DNA from: Bacteriovoracaceae bacterium | Lineage (GTDB): Bacteria > Bdellovibrionota > Bacteriovoracia > Bacteriovoracales > Bacteriovoracaceae | DNA length: 64,000 nucleotides | NCBI GenBank assembly: GCA_041586955.1 | Contig: JBFGZE010000001.1 | Coordinates: forward strand, 46,494-110,493 | Direction: 5' to 3' | In this document: piece by piece, positions 48,950 through 57,930 of the stretch | How positions within the stretch are numbered: the first letter of the stretch is position 1 | How the letters are laid out: every line of letters starts with the position of its first letter | Position numbers and translations under genes: made by a program | The notes under the pieces: model-generated | Seen by the model: the letters and a program-made list of their open reading frames with translations, nothing else | What the model was told of the DNA's origin: nothing | The model's database searches: none

Positions 48950-49729
48950 TCAAACAATAAATTGGAACCATTCGCCCAATTTCTCGACATAAATCCTAAA
49001 AGCTGTGTGGAAAAATTCTTGTGAAGAGCTGGCAAAGACCATTAGGCCTAAACCAATGTTCACAACAAAGCTCACCATAATAATATTCATTTGGGGAACC
49101 GTCCGTGCAACAATTCCCAAAACAGTCATAATTAACATATTCATAAAGATCATCGGTGATGACAATAAAAGTGCTGACAAAAATATTGATTTAAACAAAT
49201 GCAAAAAGAAGTGAGCAAGGTTTGTTCCGTTGGCCATACTTCCTGGAGAAATGGTCGAAAAACTCGTAAAAACACCTTTCATCATAGGAATCAAAGCACC
49301 TGACGAAATAATCATAATAAGAACAGTCCAGCTTATTATTTTTTCAAAAGGACCAACCTGTTGTGACGTACTAGGATCGAAATAGCGAACCGCACCGAAA
49401 CCTACTTGTTGAGTGATAATTGAACCTGCAGAAGTAAAAATTGTTAGGATGGACTTCACCAGAAAACCTATCACCAAGCCAATGAGGGTAAAATAAATGG
49501 TCAAAAGCCAAAAGGAATTGGCTCCAAAATAAATCACATCCTTCATGACATCATTTTTGATGTAGGGAAAAAAAGCATAGCTTACAATTATAGAAAAGAG
49601 AATTTTTACGATATTGGGAACAGTGACATTATCAAATATCGGCAATTGAATCATAATGGTAATAATTCGGCTAAAGATAAGCCAGAATACCAATAGTTCA
49701 TTATAATTAACGATATTGATGCCAATCAT
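48950..49729 (-). CDS. fliR: flagellar export protein
   Basis: Multi-TM; RTVPQMNI; synteny. Confidence 0.93.
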   Translation of the reverse strand: MIGINIVNYNELLVFWLIFSRIITIMIQLPIFDNVTVPNIVKILFSIIVSYAFFPYIKNDVMKDVIYFGANSFWLLTIYFTLIGLVIGFLVKSILTIFTSAGSIITQQVGFGAVRYFDPSTSQQVGPFEKIISWTVLIMIISSGALIPMMKGVFTSFSTISPGSMANGTNLAHFFLHLFKSIFLSALLLSSPMIFMNMLIMTVLGIVARTVPQMNIIMVSFVVNIGLGLMVFASSSQEFFHTAFRIYVEKLGEWFQFIV

Positions 49730-49736
49730 TATTTTC

Positions 49737-50012
49737 TCACAAAGTCCTTACGACGGAGGGAATACTTAATATCAGCTCCCGTGTAAAACTGACCATTTTC
49801 TCTGACATCCAAGGTGACCAAATTGCGATTGCCCCAACAATAACTAAAATTTTCGGAATAAAAGATAAGGTTTGCTCATTGATCTGAGTAACGGCCTGAA
49901 AGAGAGAAACCAAAATACCAATAATTAAGGCCCCTAATAACATTGGAGAGGCAATAAAAAGTGCCAAGGTGACTGCTTGCTTTGTAATATCAGTATAAAT
50001 TTCACCGTTCAT
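49737..50012 (-). CDS. fliQ: flagellar export protein
   Basis: FQAVTQINEQTLSFIPK. Confidence 0.97.
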   Translation of the reverse strand: MNGEIYTDITKQAVTLALFIASPMLLGALIIGILVSLFQAVTQINEQTLSFIPKILVIVGAIAIWSPWMSEKMVSFTRELILSIPSVVRTL

Positions 50013-50021
50013 AATCTCCCC

Positions 50022-50762
50022 TTATTGAAAGGATCTTAAAATTGAGCCAGTCACTAATTGCCAGCCATCGACTAAAACAAATAATAAAAGTTTAAAAGGA
50101 AGCGACACAACAACAGGAGGCAACATCATCATCCCCATTGCCATCAAAATAGAGGCGACGACCATATCGAGAATCAAAAATGGAATATATAATAAAAATC
50201 CTATTTGAAAGGCCGTCTTCAGCTCCGAAATAATAAAAGCTGGTATTAAAAAATGAATTGGAACATCACTGATGTTTGCAGGAGCATGCTCACCAGTGAC
50301 ATCATAAAAAAGGCCAATGTCCGCCTTTCTCACCTGCTTATTCATAAAACTACGCAAACCATTCTCAATACGGTCAAGAGCAACGGTTGTTGTGATTTTT
50401 TTGTTCATGTAGGGGTTAATGGCATCATTATAAATTTTTGTGCCCGTTGGCTGCATAATAAAAACCGACAAAAAAAGTGCAAATCCAATTAATAATTGAT
50501 TAGGAGGCATGCTTTGAGTACCAATCGCCTGCCTCATGAATGAAAGCACGACAATGATTCTTGTAAAGCAAGTACAAAGGATGAGAACGGCCGGAGCAAG
50601 GGTCAATACAGTGAAAAATATTAATATTTCAATGCTATCAACAAGGTTAACTCCTTGGCCAAAGTTAACGGAAAGCCCAGGTATTGATAGATTACTCTGG
50701 GAATAAGCTGCTCCACTCATAAGAATGGAGCTTATAAAAAATATTTTTTTTAGAGCTTCCAT
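50022..50762 (-). CDS. fliP: flagellar export protein
   Basis: FTRIIVV, PPNQ, SELKTAFQIG, MGMMMLPP, DGW. Confidence 0.98.
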   Translation of the reverse strand: MEALKKIFFISSILMSGAAYSQSNLSIPGLSVNFGQGVNLVDSIEILIFFTVLTLAPAVLILCTCFTRIIVVLSFMRQAIGTQSMPPNQLLIGFALFLSVFIMQPTGTKIYNDAINPYMNKKITTTVALDRIENGLRSFMNKQVRKADIGLFYDVTGEHAPANISDVPIHFLIPAFIISELKTAFQIGFLLYIPFLILDMVVASILMAMGMMMLPPVVVSLPFKLLLFVLVDGWQLVTGSILRSFQ

Positions 50763-50778
50763 GCTCTCCTCTGACTCC

Positions 50779-51852
50779 CTAATGGAGTGGTTTTAAATTT
50801 TTTAATTTATCCTTAATCTGGTCTGCTAATTTAATAGGTGTTCTCACTGCTTCATTATTTTCCGCTGCTATGGCCTCAATATCTTCTTTTAAAGTAAAGT
50901 TCTTTTCTGGCGTCGCATCTAAATCTGTATCGAAGTTGTTTCCGGTAATAGATGCTTCTCCCTTTTTGACGATACCTGCAGTGTCTTTTAATTCAGAAAT
51001 CAGATCCATTCCCTTTTCGGAGTTTCCAATCAGAAAAACTTGATTATGGACTTTGACCATCATTAAGTTTCTTTTAGGCCCGACATAAGTTGTATTGAGA
51101 ACTTCAATGGTGTCACTACTTTTTAAAAATCCTAATCTTCCCTTTTTAAGAGCACCCTTTTTTATGAGGCGAATAATCCCGTAAAAACACACCAGGATTA
51201 AAGTTAAGAATGCAATAAACTTACCAACGTAACCAACTAGTGAAAATGAGGACTTAGGCTCTTTACGAGGTGCTGAAAAAGCGGATTTTACGCGGTCAGA
51301 GTTTTCCTCCAAGGCACCTTTTGACACTACTGGTGCCTTTTCAACCAATTGATCTTTTCCAATAGTCTCTTGATCATTTAATAATTTATTAAGATATGAT
51401 TCATCGTATGCCTCGGCCTCAATCGGCTTAGCTTTTTTCTTTAAATTCGTTATTTTTTTGACAGACTTAAGCTTGGGAAAATTAAGAAGAATTTTATTAT
51501 CTTTAAGAGTAAGGTTAACCTGCGTTTCTTTCCCCTTTAAAGAAAAGGGAAGATGAATTCTAAAGCGCACAAGCTTCTTATTGTATTGATAGGCCATGAG
51601 GTTTGCATCAAATTTTTGATTAACACTCACTTTTTTTTCTATTTTTGGCCAAACTGTCGCTCCAGGAATCGCCACCTGAATCATTTTCTCCTTTACTGTA
51701 ATTTCAGGAATATCCCTTAACTCTCCATTTAGAACGATTTCGGCCTGACCTGTTTGGCCAGTTTCTACCAAGTGAATGTCCTTTATTTGGATCTTGGCAA
51801 AGATCGAAGTATTTAAAATGAAAAGTGCAATGAAAGCGCTTAGTTTAATCAT
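50779..51852 (-). CDS. fliO: long-form FliO with N-terminal periplasmic domain
   Basis: Lies between fliN and fliP; TM helix followed by IEVLNTTYVGPKRNLMMVKV. Confidence 0.8.
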   Translation of the reverse strand: MIKLSAFIALFILNTSIFAKIQIKDIHLVETGQTGQAEIVLNGELRDIPEITVKEKMIQVAIPGATVWPKIEKKVSVNQKFDANLMAYQYNKKLVRFRIHLPFSLKGKETQVNLTLKDNKILLNFPKLKSVKKITNLKKKAKPIEAEAYDESYLNKLLNDQETIGKDQLVEKAPVVSKGALEENSDRVKSAFSAPRKEPKSSFSLVGYVGKFIAFLTLILVCFYGIIRLIKKGALKKGRLGFLKSSDTIEVLNTTYVGPKRNLMMVKVHNQVFLIGNSEKGMDLISELKDTAGIVKKGEASITGNNFDTDLDATPEKNFTLKEDIEAIAAENNEAVRTPIKLADQIKDKLKNLKPLH

Positions 51853-51861
51853 CCTATCCTC

Positions 51862-52245
51862 TTATTTTAATGTCTCAATTCTTTCAATTGGACTAATAAT
51901 GTCAGTTAATCTAATTCCAAACTTTTCATTCACAACCACAACCTCTCCTTTCGCCACTAATTTATTATTAACGAGGATTTCAAGAGGTTCACCAGCAAGT
52001 TTATCGAGTTCTAAAACTGAGCCTTGCCCCAATTGTAATAGGTCTTTAATGACAACATTGGTACGGCCTAATTCCACAGTTACTTTTAGAGGAATATCGA
52101 GAATAAAATCAAGATTCTGGACCTTTAATTTATTAAGGGCATCGTCACCGGCCTTAATACCATCTGCCAGCTCTTTAACTTTGGCCTGATCAATCTTACT
52201 TATATTCGCGACTTCATTGTCTTGCTTATTTGTTTCGTTTTCCAT
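51862..52245 (-). CDS. fliN: flagellar motor switch protein
   Basis: [37 protein letters not shown]. Confidence 0.97.
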   Translation of the reverse strand: MENETNKQDNEVANISKIDQAKVKELADGIKAGDDALNKLKVQNLDFILDIPLKVTVELGRTNVVIKDLLQLGQGSVLELDKLAGEPLEILVNNKLVAKGEVVVVNEKFGIRLTDIISPIERIETLK

Positions 52246-52258
52246 TTTTAACCCCTAT

Positions 52259-53254
52259 CTACTTATCTGTTTTTGTAATCTGAATTGCCCTATTACCTTT
52301 ATAGACACCAATTAATCCCTTCATTTTCGAAACCCCCTCTATGGTCAGACTAACCTCTCCTGAAGCCTCCTGCCCGAGAGGAACAATATCTCCTGTTTCC
52401 AATGTGACAAGATCGCCAACAGTCATTTCCGTTTCCCCCAAGTTAACAGTCACAGTCGTCTTGGCATCTAAAATATGGTTGTTCATGGCCTGGGTCCAAA
52501 TACTATCGGCCATATCATTGTCAGTTTGGTAACTTGAACTTAATTTCTGCTTAATGGGTTCAATTGTGGAATAAGGTACGACGATCATAATCGTCCCAGA
52601 AGCTGATTCAAATTCAACTTCTAAAGTTGTTGCAATAATAACATCGGATGGAGGCACAACACCAACGAATTGCGGGTTGATTTCTGTTCTTAGGTATTGA
52701 GCATCAATTCTGTGAACCGGTGCCCAGGCCTCTTCGAGGTCACTAATCGCCATATCCATGACTTTTTTCATAAAAGACAATTCGATGGCGGTGAATTCCT
52801 TGCCTTCAATTTTCGTAAAGGGACGGTCTGTACCGCCAAAATAGGAATCGATAATTGCATAAGCTAATTTTGATTCAAAAACTAAAAGAGCAGGCCCTCT
52901 CAATTCATTAAACCGCATGATACACATGCAAGATGGGATTGGTAGTGTATTTACAAATTCACCGAACTTTAAAAGGTCAGTGGAAATCATAGAGATTGTT
53001 GATATTTTTCTGAGAGAATTGGAAAGGGAAACTCGAAAAGAACGAATAAATCTTTCATATATAATTTCTAAGATAGGCATTCGACCACGAATAACCCGAT
53101 CTTGATTAGTTAGATCATAAGTCTGTATATTCTCATCGGAGTCATCGACTTCATCAAAATCACCGATATCCCCACCAAGAATATCATCGCCATCACTGTC
53201 ATTTACAGCATTTAATAACGCATCAACTTCGTCTTGGGTTAAAACCTGGGCCAT
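52259..53254 (-). CDS. fliM: flagellar motor switch protein
   Basis: VLTQDEVDALL CheY-binding motif, FGG, EINPQF. Confidence 0.97.
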   Translation of the reverse strand: MAQVLTQDEVDALLNAVNDSDGDDILGGDIGDFDEVDDSDENIQTYDLTNQDRVIRGRMPILEIIYERFIRSFRVSLSNSLRKISTISMISTDLLKFGEFVNTLPIPSCMCIMRFNELRGPALLVFESKLAYAIIDSYFGGTDRPFTKIEGKEFTAIELSFMKKVMDMAISDLEEAWAPVHRIDAQYLRTEINPQFVGVVPPSDVIIATTLEVEFESASGTIMIVVPYSTIEPIKQKLSSSYQTDNDMADSIWTQAMNNHILDAKTTVTVNLGETEMTVGDLVTLETGDIVPLGQEASGEVSLTIEGVSKMKGLIGVYKGNRAIQITKTDK

Positions 53255-53304
53255 TAATCCCCTCCTGGGATAAAGATTAGTTAAATCATTTAACTAAAAT
53301 CAGC

Positions 53305-53838
53305 TTAATTTATTTGAAAGCCTACATAATAAACGTCGACTACAGAGCCATCAATTAAAAATGAATTGATTGCTGCCTTAATCTCCTCTTTTAAAAAATT
53401 CTTTCCTTCAAGCTTTAATAAATCCTCTGGCCTCTTTGAATTAAGCGTTGAAATAACAGCATCTCTAATTTGCGGCTTACGGGACTTAAACTCATCCTCT
53501 GAACTCGTTTTAGAAAACTTTAAAACAGCTTTTAAGCGCACGAAGCGCCTTGGCCCATCACCTTGTGCCAAATTGGCAGTAAACCCCTCTAAAGGAAAGA
53601 GAATCCCGTCCTCTTCCTTGGCCTCACCTGTCTCCGCTCCCTCTGTACCTTCAGCAGCCTTACTCATCTCTGCAGCAATAACATCTTTAACAGAGGGCTC
53701 TTGGGCCATTTTGACGTGAAGGTTGTATTGAAAGTACGCTACGCCACCAACCATAAGGGTATTTAACAAAACCAATAAGGTGAGAAGTGGGTTTTTACCA
53801 CTTACTGGTTCATTTTCCGGTGTCTCTTCATTTGCCAT
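53305..53838 (-). CDS. fliL: flagellar basal body-associated protein
   Basis: Single TM helix; FTANLA, PQIRD, EGK..LKEEI...IN. Confidence 0.93.
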   Translation of the reverse strand: MANEETPENEPVSGKNPLLTLLVLLNTLMVGGVAYFQYNLHVKMAQEPSVKDVIAAEMSKAAEGTEGAETGEAKEEDGILFPLEGFTANLAQGDGPRRFVRLKAVLKFSKTSSEDEFKSRKPQIRDAVISTLNSKRPEDLLKLEGKNFLKEEIKAAINSFLIDGSVVDVYYVGFQIN

Positions 53839-54131
53839 ATTCCATCCTCAAAATAAGCATCGGAGGAAAAGATAACCCCCGTCAAAAATTATACATACCG
53901 GCAAAATTTGGTTCAAGGGGGTCTAATTTGCTTGGGCAAATAATTCCTTTACAGGGCCTTATTTCGATATGTTATTAAAAATTAAAATATAGCGGTGTCA
54001 ATTTGTTGACTATTAAATTGGGGCGCTTGTTGTTGTAAGAATATTAAGATGGTGGGGGCTTGGGTATTTTAGATATTGGGGTGGTAAGTGTGATTGGGAT
54101 AAGGAAGTGAATGGGGTGCTGTTTTAGAAGA

Positions 54132-54201
54132 GACGCTGTGCCGGCCTTCGTGGCCGTCACTGCGTTGTTCGGCATTATCTAGCATCCTGCTAGATAATGC
54201 C
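54132..54201. repeat. two adjacent palindromes (REP-like)
   Basis: Imperfect hairpin 54132-54166 around CGGCC-TTCGT-GGCCG; perfect 14-bp inverted repeat GGCATTATCTAGCA-TCC-TGCTAGATAATGCC. Confidence 0.6.
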
Positions 54202-54204
54202 TCC

Positions 54205-54234
54205 AAAAAAAAAGCCCCGCTACAAGAACGGGGC
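54205..54234 (-). terminator. intrinsic terminator of the HU gene
   Basis: GCCCCG-N9-CGGGGC followed by U9 on the - strand. Confidence 0.85.
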
Positions 54235-54263
54235 CTTCGATCATTTTTTTAATGAGCGAATTC

Positions 54264-54542
54264 CTAGAACATATCTTTCCAAGCTTTTCCTGGACGGAAC
54301 TTAGGAAGTGTTTTCGCTTTAATTTTAATTTTCTCACCAGTAGCTGGGTTAACACCAGTTCTAGCAGCTCTTCTTACTTTAGAAAAAGTCCCAAAGCCAA
54401 TTAAAGAAACATCGTCACCTTTTTTTACAGCTTTCTTGATTACGTCAAGAGTTGTAGATACAAAGTGATCAGCATCTTTTTTTGTCAAATGGTTAAGACC
54501 TTTGTCTTTCAAGATTGCTTCGATAAGCTCTTTTCTGTTCAT
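54264..54542 (-). CDS. hup: histone-like DNA-binding protein HU
   Basis: MNRKELI, VSLIGFGTF, RAARTGVNPATGEKIKI, PKFRPGK. Confidence 0.95.
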   Translation of the reverse strand: MNRKELIEAILKDKGLNHLTKKDADHFVSTTLDVIKKAVKKGDDVSLIGFGTFSKVRRAARTGVNPATGEKIKIKAKTLPKFRPGKAWKDMF

Positions 54543-54627
54543 TTCAAACTCCTAATAGTTAATGTTTATGGGATACTAGAATGTTTGCCTATTTTGCTTT
54601 AATTGACAAACATTTTTTAAAAAAAAA

Positions 54628-55071
54628 TTAATTTATTTTTTCCTGCCATATATATAGCTCTTCTTCAATTGCGATCCTAAGGCCCTCCAACCAACCTTTC
54701 CGAATGTCTTCGACTTCATTTTCCTCTGGCATTGTCTCAAGCATCGAACGAAGAAAAAGAGGTGTAAGCCTTTGGTAGAGCGCGGATAGCGAAGGAGCGA
54801 GGTCATCGTGATCAATGATCTCATTTTCGTCAATGACCGCTGTCAGTTTGCTTTCAAGCTGTAAAAGGCCATGAATGACCTGCTCGAGATAGGCCAATTC
54901 TAATATTTTTCTTAGTTCTAAACAATAAGACTCAATTATTTCTTGGATAGAGATCGTTTTGGACTTACGGGCCAAAAGGTCCTCTAAATCAGGGGTATTG
55001 CTAAATTGATTTAAGATGGATTGGTTTGTCTGCACTCGCCCACCTTGATAAGGAAAAAAATCTCCGGCCAT
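54628..55071 (-). CDS. hypothetical helical protein
   Basis: 147-aa ORF with GGAGG SD. Confidence 0.7.
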   Translation of the reverse strand: MAGDFFPYQGGRVQTNQSILNQFSNTPDLEDLLARKSKTISIQEIIESYCLELRKILELAYLEQVIHGLLQLESKLTAVIDENEIIDHDDLAPSLSALYQRLTPLFLRSMLETMPEENEVEDIRKGWLEGLRIAIEEELYIWQEKIN

Positions 55072-55117
55072 AGGCCCTCCTAATTCTCCCCCATTCTAAC
55101 ACATTTTTATTTTTTCC

Positions 55118-55144
55118 AAAAAAAAAGCCTCCCGAAGGAGGCTT
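55118..55144 (-). terminator. intrinsic terminator after the DsbA-family gene
   Basis: AAGCCTCC-TTCG-GGAGGCTT plus U-tract on the - strand (cUUCGg loop). Confidence 0.9.
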
Positions 55145-55155
55145 AAAAGCTCATT

Positions 55156-55932
55156 TTATAACTTAACTTTACCTTTTTCTATCAATTTGTTCACAATCAT
55201 CTCAAAGTATGAAGTGGGATAGGCACCCTTCACTGGAATTCCGTTTAGAAGAAAACCTGGTGTTCCCTGCATACCAAAAGAAGCCGCTTCTTTTTGATCT
55301 TCTGCGATTTTGCTTGTCACTTCTTCAGAATTGATGTCTTTTTTCACTTTGGCCAAATCGCCGCCAACCTGCTTAACAAGGGAATCAAGGAACTTAGTCC
55401 CTAATCTTAGTTTACCTTGGTTTTTAAAGATCTCATCGTGGAAAGCGAAGGCCTTTTCACTATCCTGAAGTCTTAATGCTTCAAAATATTGGGCCGAAAT
55501 CATTGCCTTATCATGAAAGCTCAAAGGTAAATGCTTATAGATGAATTGAATCTTTTCACCATATTTCTTTCTTAATTCCTCAACTGTTTTAAATCCCTTT
55601 GTGCAATAAGGGCATTCAAAGTCGGAATACTCAATTAAAACAAGAGGTGCATTCTTTGGGCCACGAATCGCCTCATTTTTGCGAATTACAGGCTTAAGAG
55701 GGTTTTCAAAACTTTTCTCAAATTTTATCTTTTCTTCAGCTTCTCTTTTTTTGCCCATTTCGGCACGAGCACTTTGAGCTGCCTCTTGAAGTGCTTCGAC
55801 AAATTTAACGGGATTCTCTTTTATCGTATCAATTAGAATCTCAGGATTCTTTTTTAACGTCTCTTTCAATTGTTTTTCTGACATACATCCAGATAAACAC
55901 AATGCGAAAAACACAATACTCCATTTCTTCAT
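55156..55932 (-). CDS. DsbA-family thiol-disulfide oxidoreductase lipoprotein
   Basis: Lipobox LSGC; EYSDFECPYC; GTP cis-Pro loop. Confidence 0.92.
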   Translation of the reverse strand: MKKWSIVFFALCLSGCMSEKQLKETLKKNPEILIDTIKENPVKFVEALQEAAQSARAEMGKKREAEEKIKFEKSFENPLKPVIRKNEAIRGPKNAPLVLIEYSDFECPYCTKGFKTVEELRKKYGEKIQFIYKHLPLSFHDKAMISAQYFEALRLQDSEKAFAFHDEIFKNQGKLRLGTKFLDSLVKQVGGDLAKVKKDINSEEVTSKIAEDQKEAASFGMQGTPGFLLNGIPVKGAYPTSYFEMIVNKLIEKGKVKL

Positions 55933-55998
55933 TTTCAACGTCCTTTGTTGTTAAAATCTTTCCTATTATGCGGGAAATTGATCAAACGGGCCAGTGGC

Positions 55999-56949
55999 TT
56001 ATTGATTCTTATCTATATAATTACGCTCAATATAATTCAGGTATTGATTAAAAGCGCGAGAATCTTCTCGCAAATGCGAATAGCCTAGTAAATGAACTCG
56101 AGAATCATATTTACCTCTTAAAAAGGCCCGCATGGTGATGAAATAAGCAAAGGCCGGTGCAGATACTTGACGGTAGAGGTTCATTGAAAAAAGAAAATGA
56201 AAAAAAGTATTGGCCCAAATAATTACCCAAACAATAATTAATAAAACCTCTTCTTGCTTAATAAAAAAATGGATAATTCCCTTATTCCCTTTTAGAAATT
56301 GGCTTGAAAATTCAATTAAAGAGGATTGTAGGTCCTGCGATAAAAAATAAACACCCAATCCACCAATTATTGAAGATAATAAAATGAAAAAGGAAAATTG
56401 AAGAAAAAATCCCCAGGCCCAAACAGGTTTCTTAATTTTATTATATTTTTCAGGGGATTTCACAGGGTGAAATTCACCACTATTTTTCATATTTTCGATT
56501 TGATTAAAAAAGAACTCTGCAAAGTGCGTTAATAACTTAAGGTTGGTTAGGAATTCAGGATCGTAACTCACTTTTTTTTCAACAATAGATTTTTTTGAAT
56601 ATTCACCAATAACACGGAAGGGGCGTGTTAATAAAGAAGTGACGTAAGAACCGAGAAAGAAAGTAGCGATTAGATAAATTCCTGCATACGGACCAAAATA
56701 AAGCAGCTTATTAAGAACAAAATCGTAAAAGGCTTCCTCTGTTTGAACCGTCTGAAGAAGACCTTGAGATTCAAAATAATTAAGATTTATTCTAACCAGA
56801 ATATAAAAAGAAAAAACAGTCGTTAACAGGCCAGCAAATGACGCCAAGAAGAGCTTAAAACATATCTCCATGCGAAAAGTGTTTATTTCACCCTTTGAAA
56901 TACCCTTAATTCGGTGACCGAGCTTGGCCAAATTATTGACACCAGACAA
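55999..56949 (-). CDS. 4-TM membrane protein with tandem TM-TM-HAMP-like modules
   Basis: Hydropathy pattern; LLTRPF after TM2 and VSAPAF...RGKYDSRV after TM4. Confidence 0.7.
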   Translation of the reverse strand: MSGVNNLAKLGHRIKGISKGEINTFRMEICFKLFLASFAGLLTTVFSFYILVRINLNYFESQGLLQTVQTEEAFYDFVLNKLLYFGPYAGIYLIATFFLGSYVTSLLTRPFRVIGEYSKKSIVEKKVSYDPEFLTNLKLLTHFAEFFFNQIENMKNSGEFHPVKSPEKYNKIKKPVWAWGFFLQFSFFILLSSIIGGLGVYFLSQDLQSSLIEFSSQFLKGNKGIIHFFIKQEEVLLIIVWVIIWANTFFHFLFSMNLYRQVSAPAFAYFITMRAFLRGKYDSRVHLLGYSHLREDSRAFNQYLNYIERNYIDKNQ

Positions 56950-57175
56950 TTAGACTCCCTCTACTGAGACCTTATTTCTTATTTTAACCTATTATAATCC
57001 CGTTGCTTACGTGGCAGCTAGGTGGACGATATTACCTCCAACAATAAGATCCAAGACACATTCTACTGTTTAAAATATAGACACCCTCGTATTAACTTTA
57101 CAAAGCTAACTTTTATCAACCTCGCTAAGTACCTGTAATTTCCCTAGGAAATCCTCATGCCAGAGGACTATCTAA

Positions 57176-57192
57176 TTGGCATCACTTATGCA
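57176..57192 (+). promoter_or_regulatory. sigma54 (-24/-12) promoter
   Basis: TTGGCATCACTTATGCA: GG 57178-79 and GC 57190-91 with 10-nt spacing. Confidence 0.7.
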
Positions 57193-57249
57193 GTGTTAAA
57201 GGCAAAAGACTTTGGAGAGAAAGGTTTTTAACTTTAACAGGAGAGAGTT

Positions 57250-57843
57250 ATGAGAAGGTTATCGTATCTTTTTATTTTATCGAGTTTAGTAGCTGCGACC
57301 ACATTAACAGGATGTGGAAAAAGCTCAAATGTATTTCAAGACAAACCAAATATAGCGAATCCCCCAGGTGATTCCAATCCCGTTTTTACTCAACCAGGTT
57401 CGTCACAAGCATGGAATCAATTAAAATCTCAATACAAATGCCCCAATGGCAATCGTTTACCAGATTTTGTTTTTCGTGTTGATGGCAATCAAGGTCAATG
57501 GGAAAACCAAGTCAGCGGCGCTCTTACACCAGGTCAACACTCTGGTACCGCAAGTGGTACTTATATCGGTCTTAATTATGGGACAGCAGATATGATGAGC
57601 ATAATAAAAGTTTCGAGCGGATTAAATGCCAAATATAACGCAGTTATTTCTATTTGTTCCGATTCATCCGGTGGCTATGATTATATTGGTGGTAGTGCAA
57701 AGCTAAGTAATTTTAGAATAACGAGTCCAATCCTATATATGGATGCCCATTGTGCAAGTGGAAATATTCGAGATGGTTATATCTCTTTCACTTCCAGTAC
57801 CTATGGTGATATCCCAGTAAATTTTAGTTCCGTTTGTAATTAA
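57250..57843 (+). CDS. lipoprotein of unknown function
   Basis: Lipobox LTGC; S/G/N-rich, beta-type sequence; four further Cys. Confidence 0.8.
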   Translation: MRRLSYLFILSSLVAATTLTGCGKSSNVFQDKPNIANPPGDSNPVFTQPGSSQAWNQLKSQYKCPNGNRLPDFVFRVDGNQGQWENQVSGALTPGQHSGTASGTYIGLNYGTADMMSIIKVSSGLNAKYNAVISICSDSSGGYDYIGGSAKLSNFRITSPILYMDAHCASGNIRDGYISFTSSTYGDIPVNFSSVCN

Positions 57844-57884
57844 TTCTCCGAAAGGAATTAATTACTCTCTCCCTCTCCTATAAG

Positions 57885-57930
57885 AAGAAGGAGTAGCTGG
57901 TAAAAAGATGCCCTACTCCTTCTTTTTTTT
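57885..57930 (+). terminator. terminator between convergent genes
   Basis: AAGAAGGAGTAG-N16-CTACTCCTTCTT followed by a T-tract. Confidence 0.65.

Noticed and set aside
54580..54614. Inverted repeat AATGTTTG-N19-CAAACATT upstream of HU
   Set aside because: AT-rich 8-bp arms could arise by chance, and no second instance was seen.
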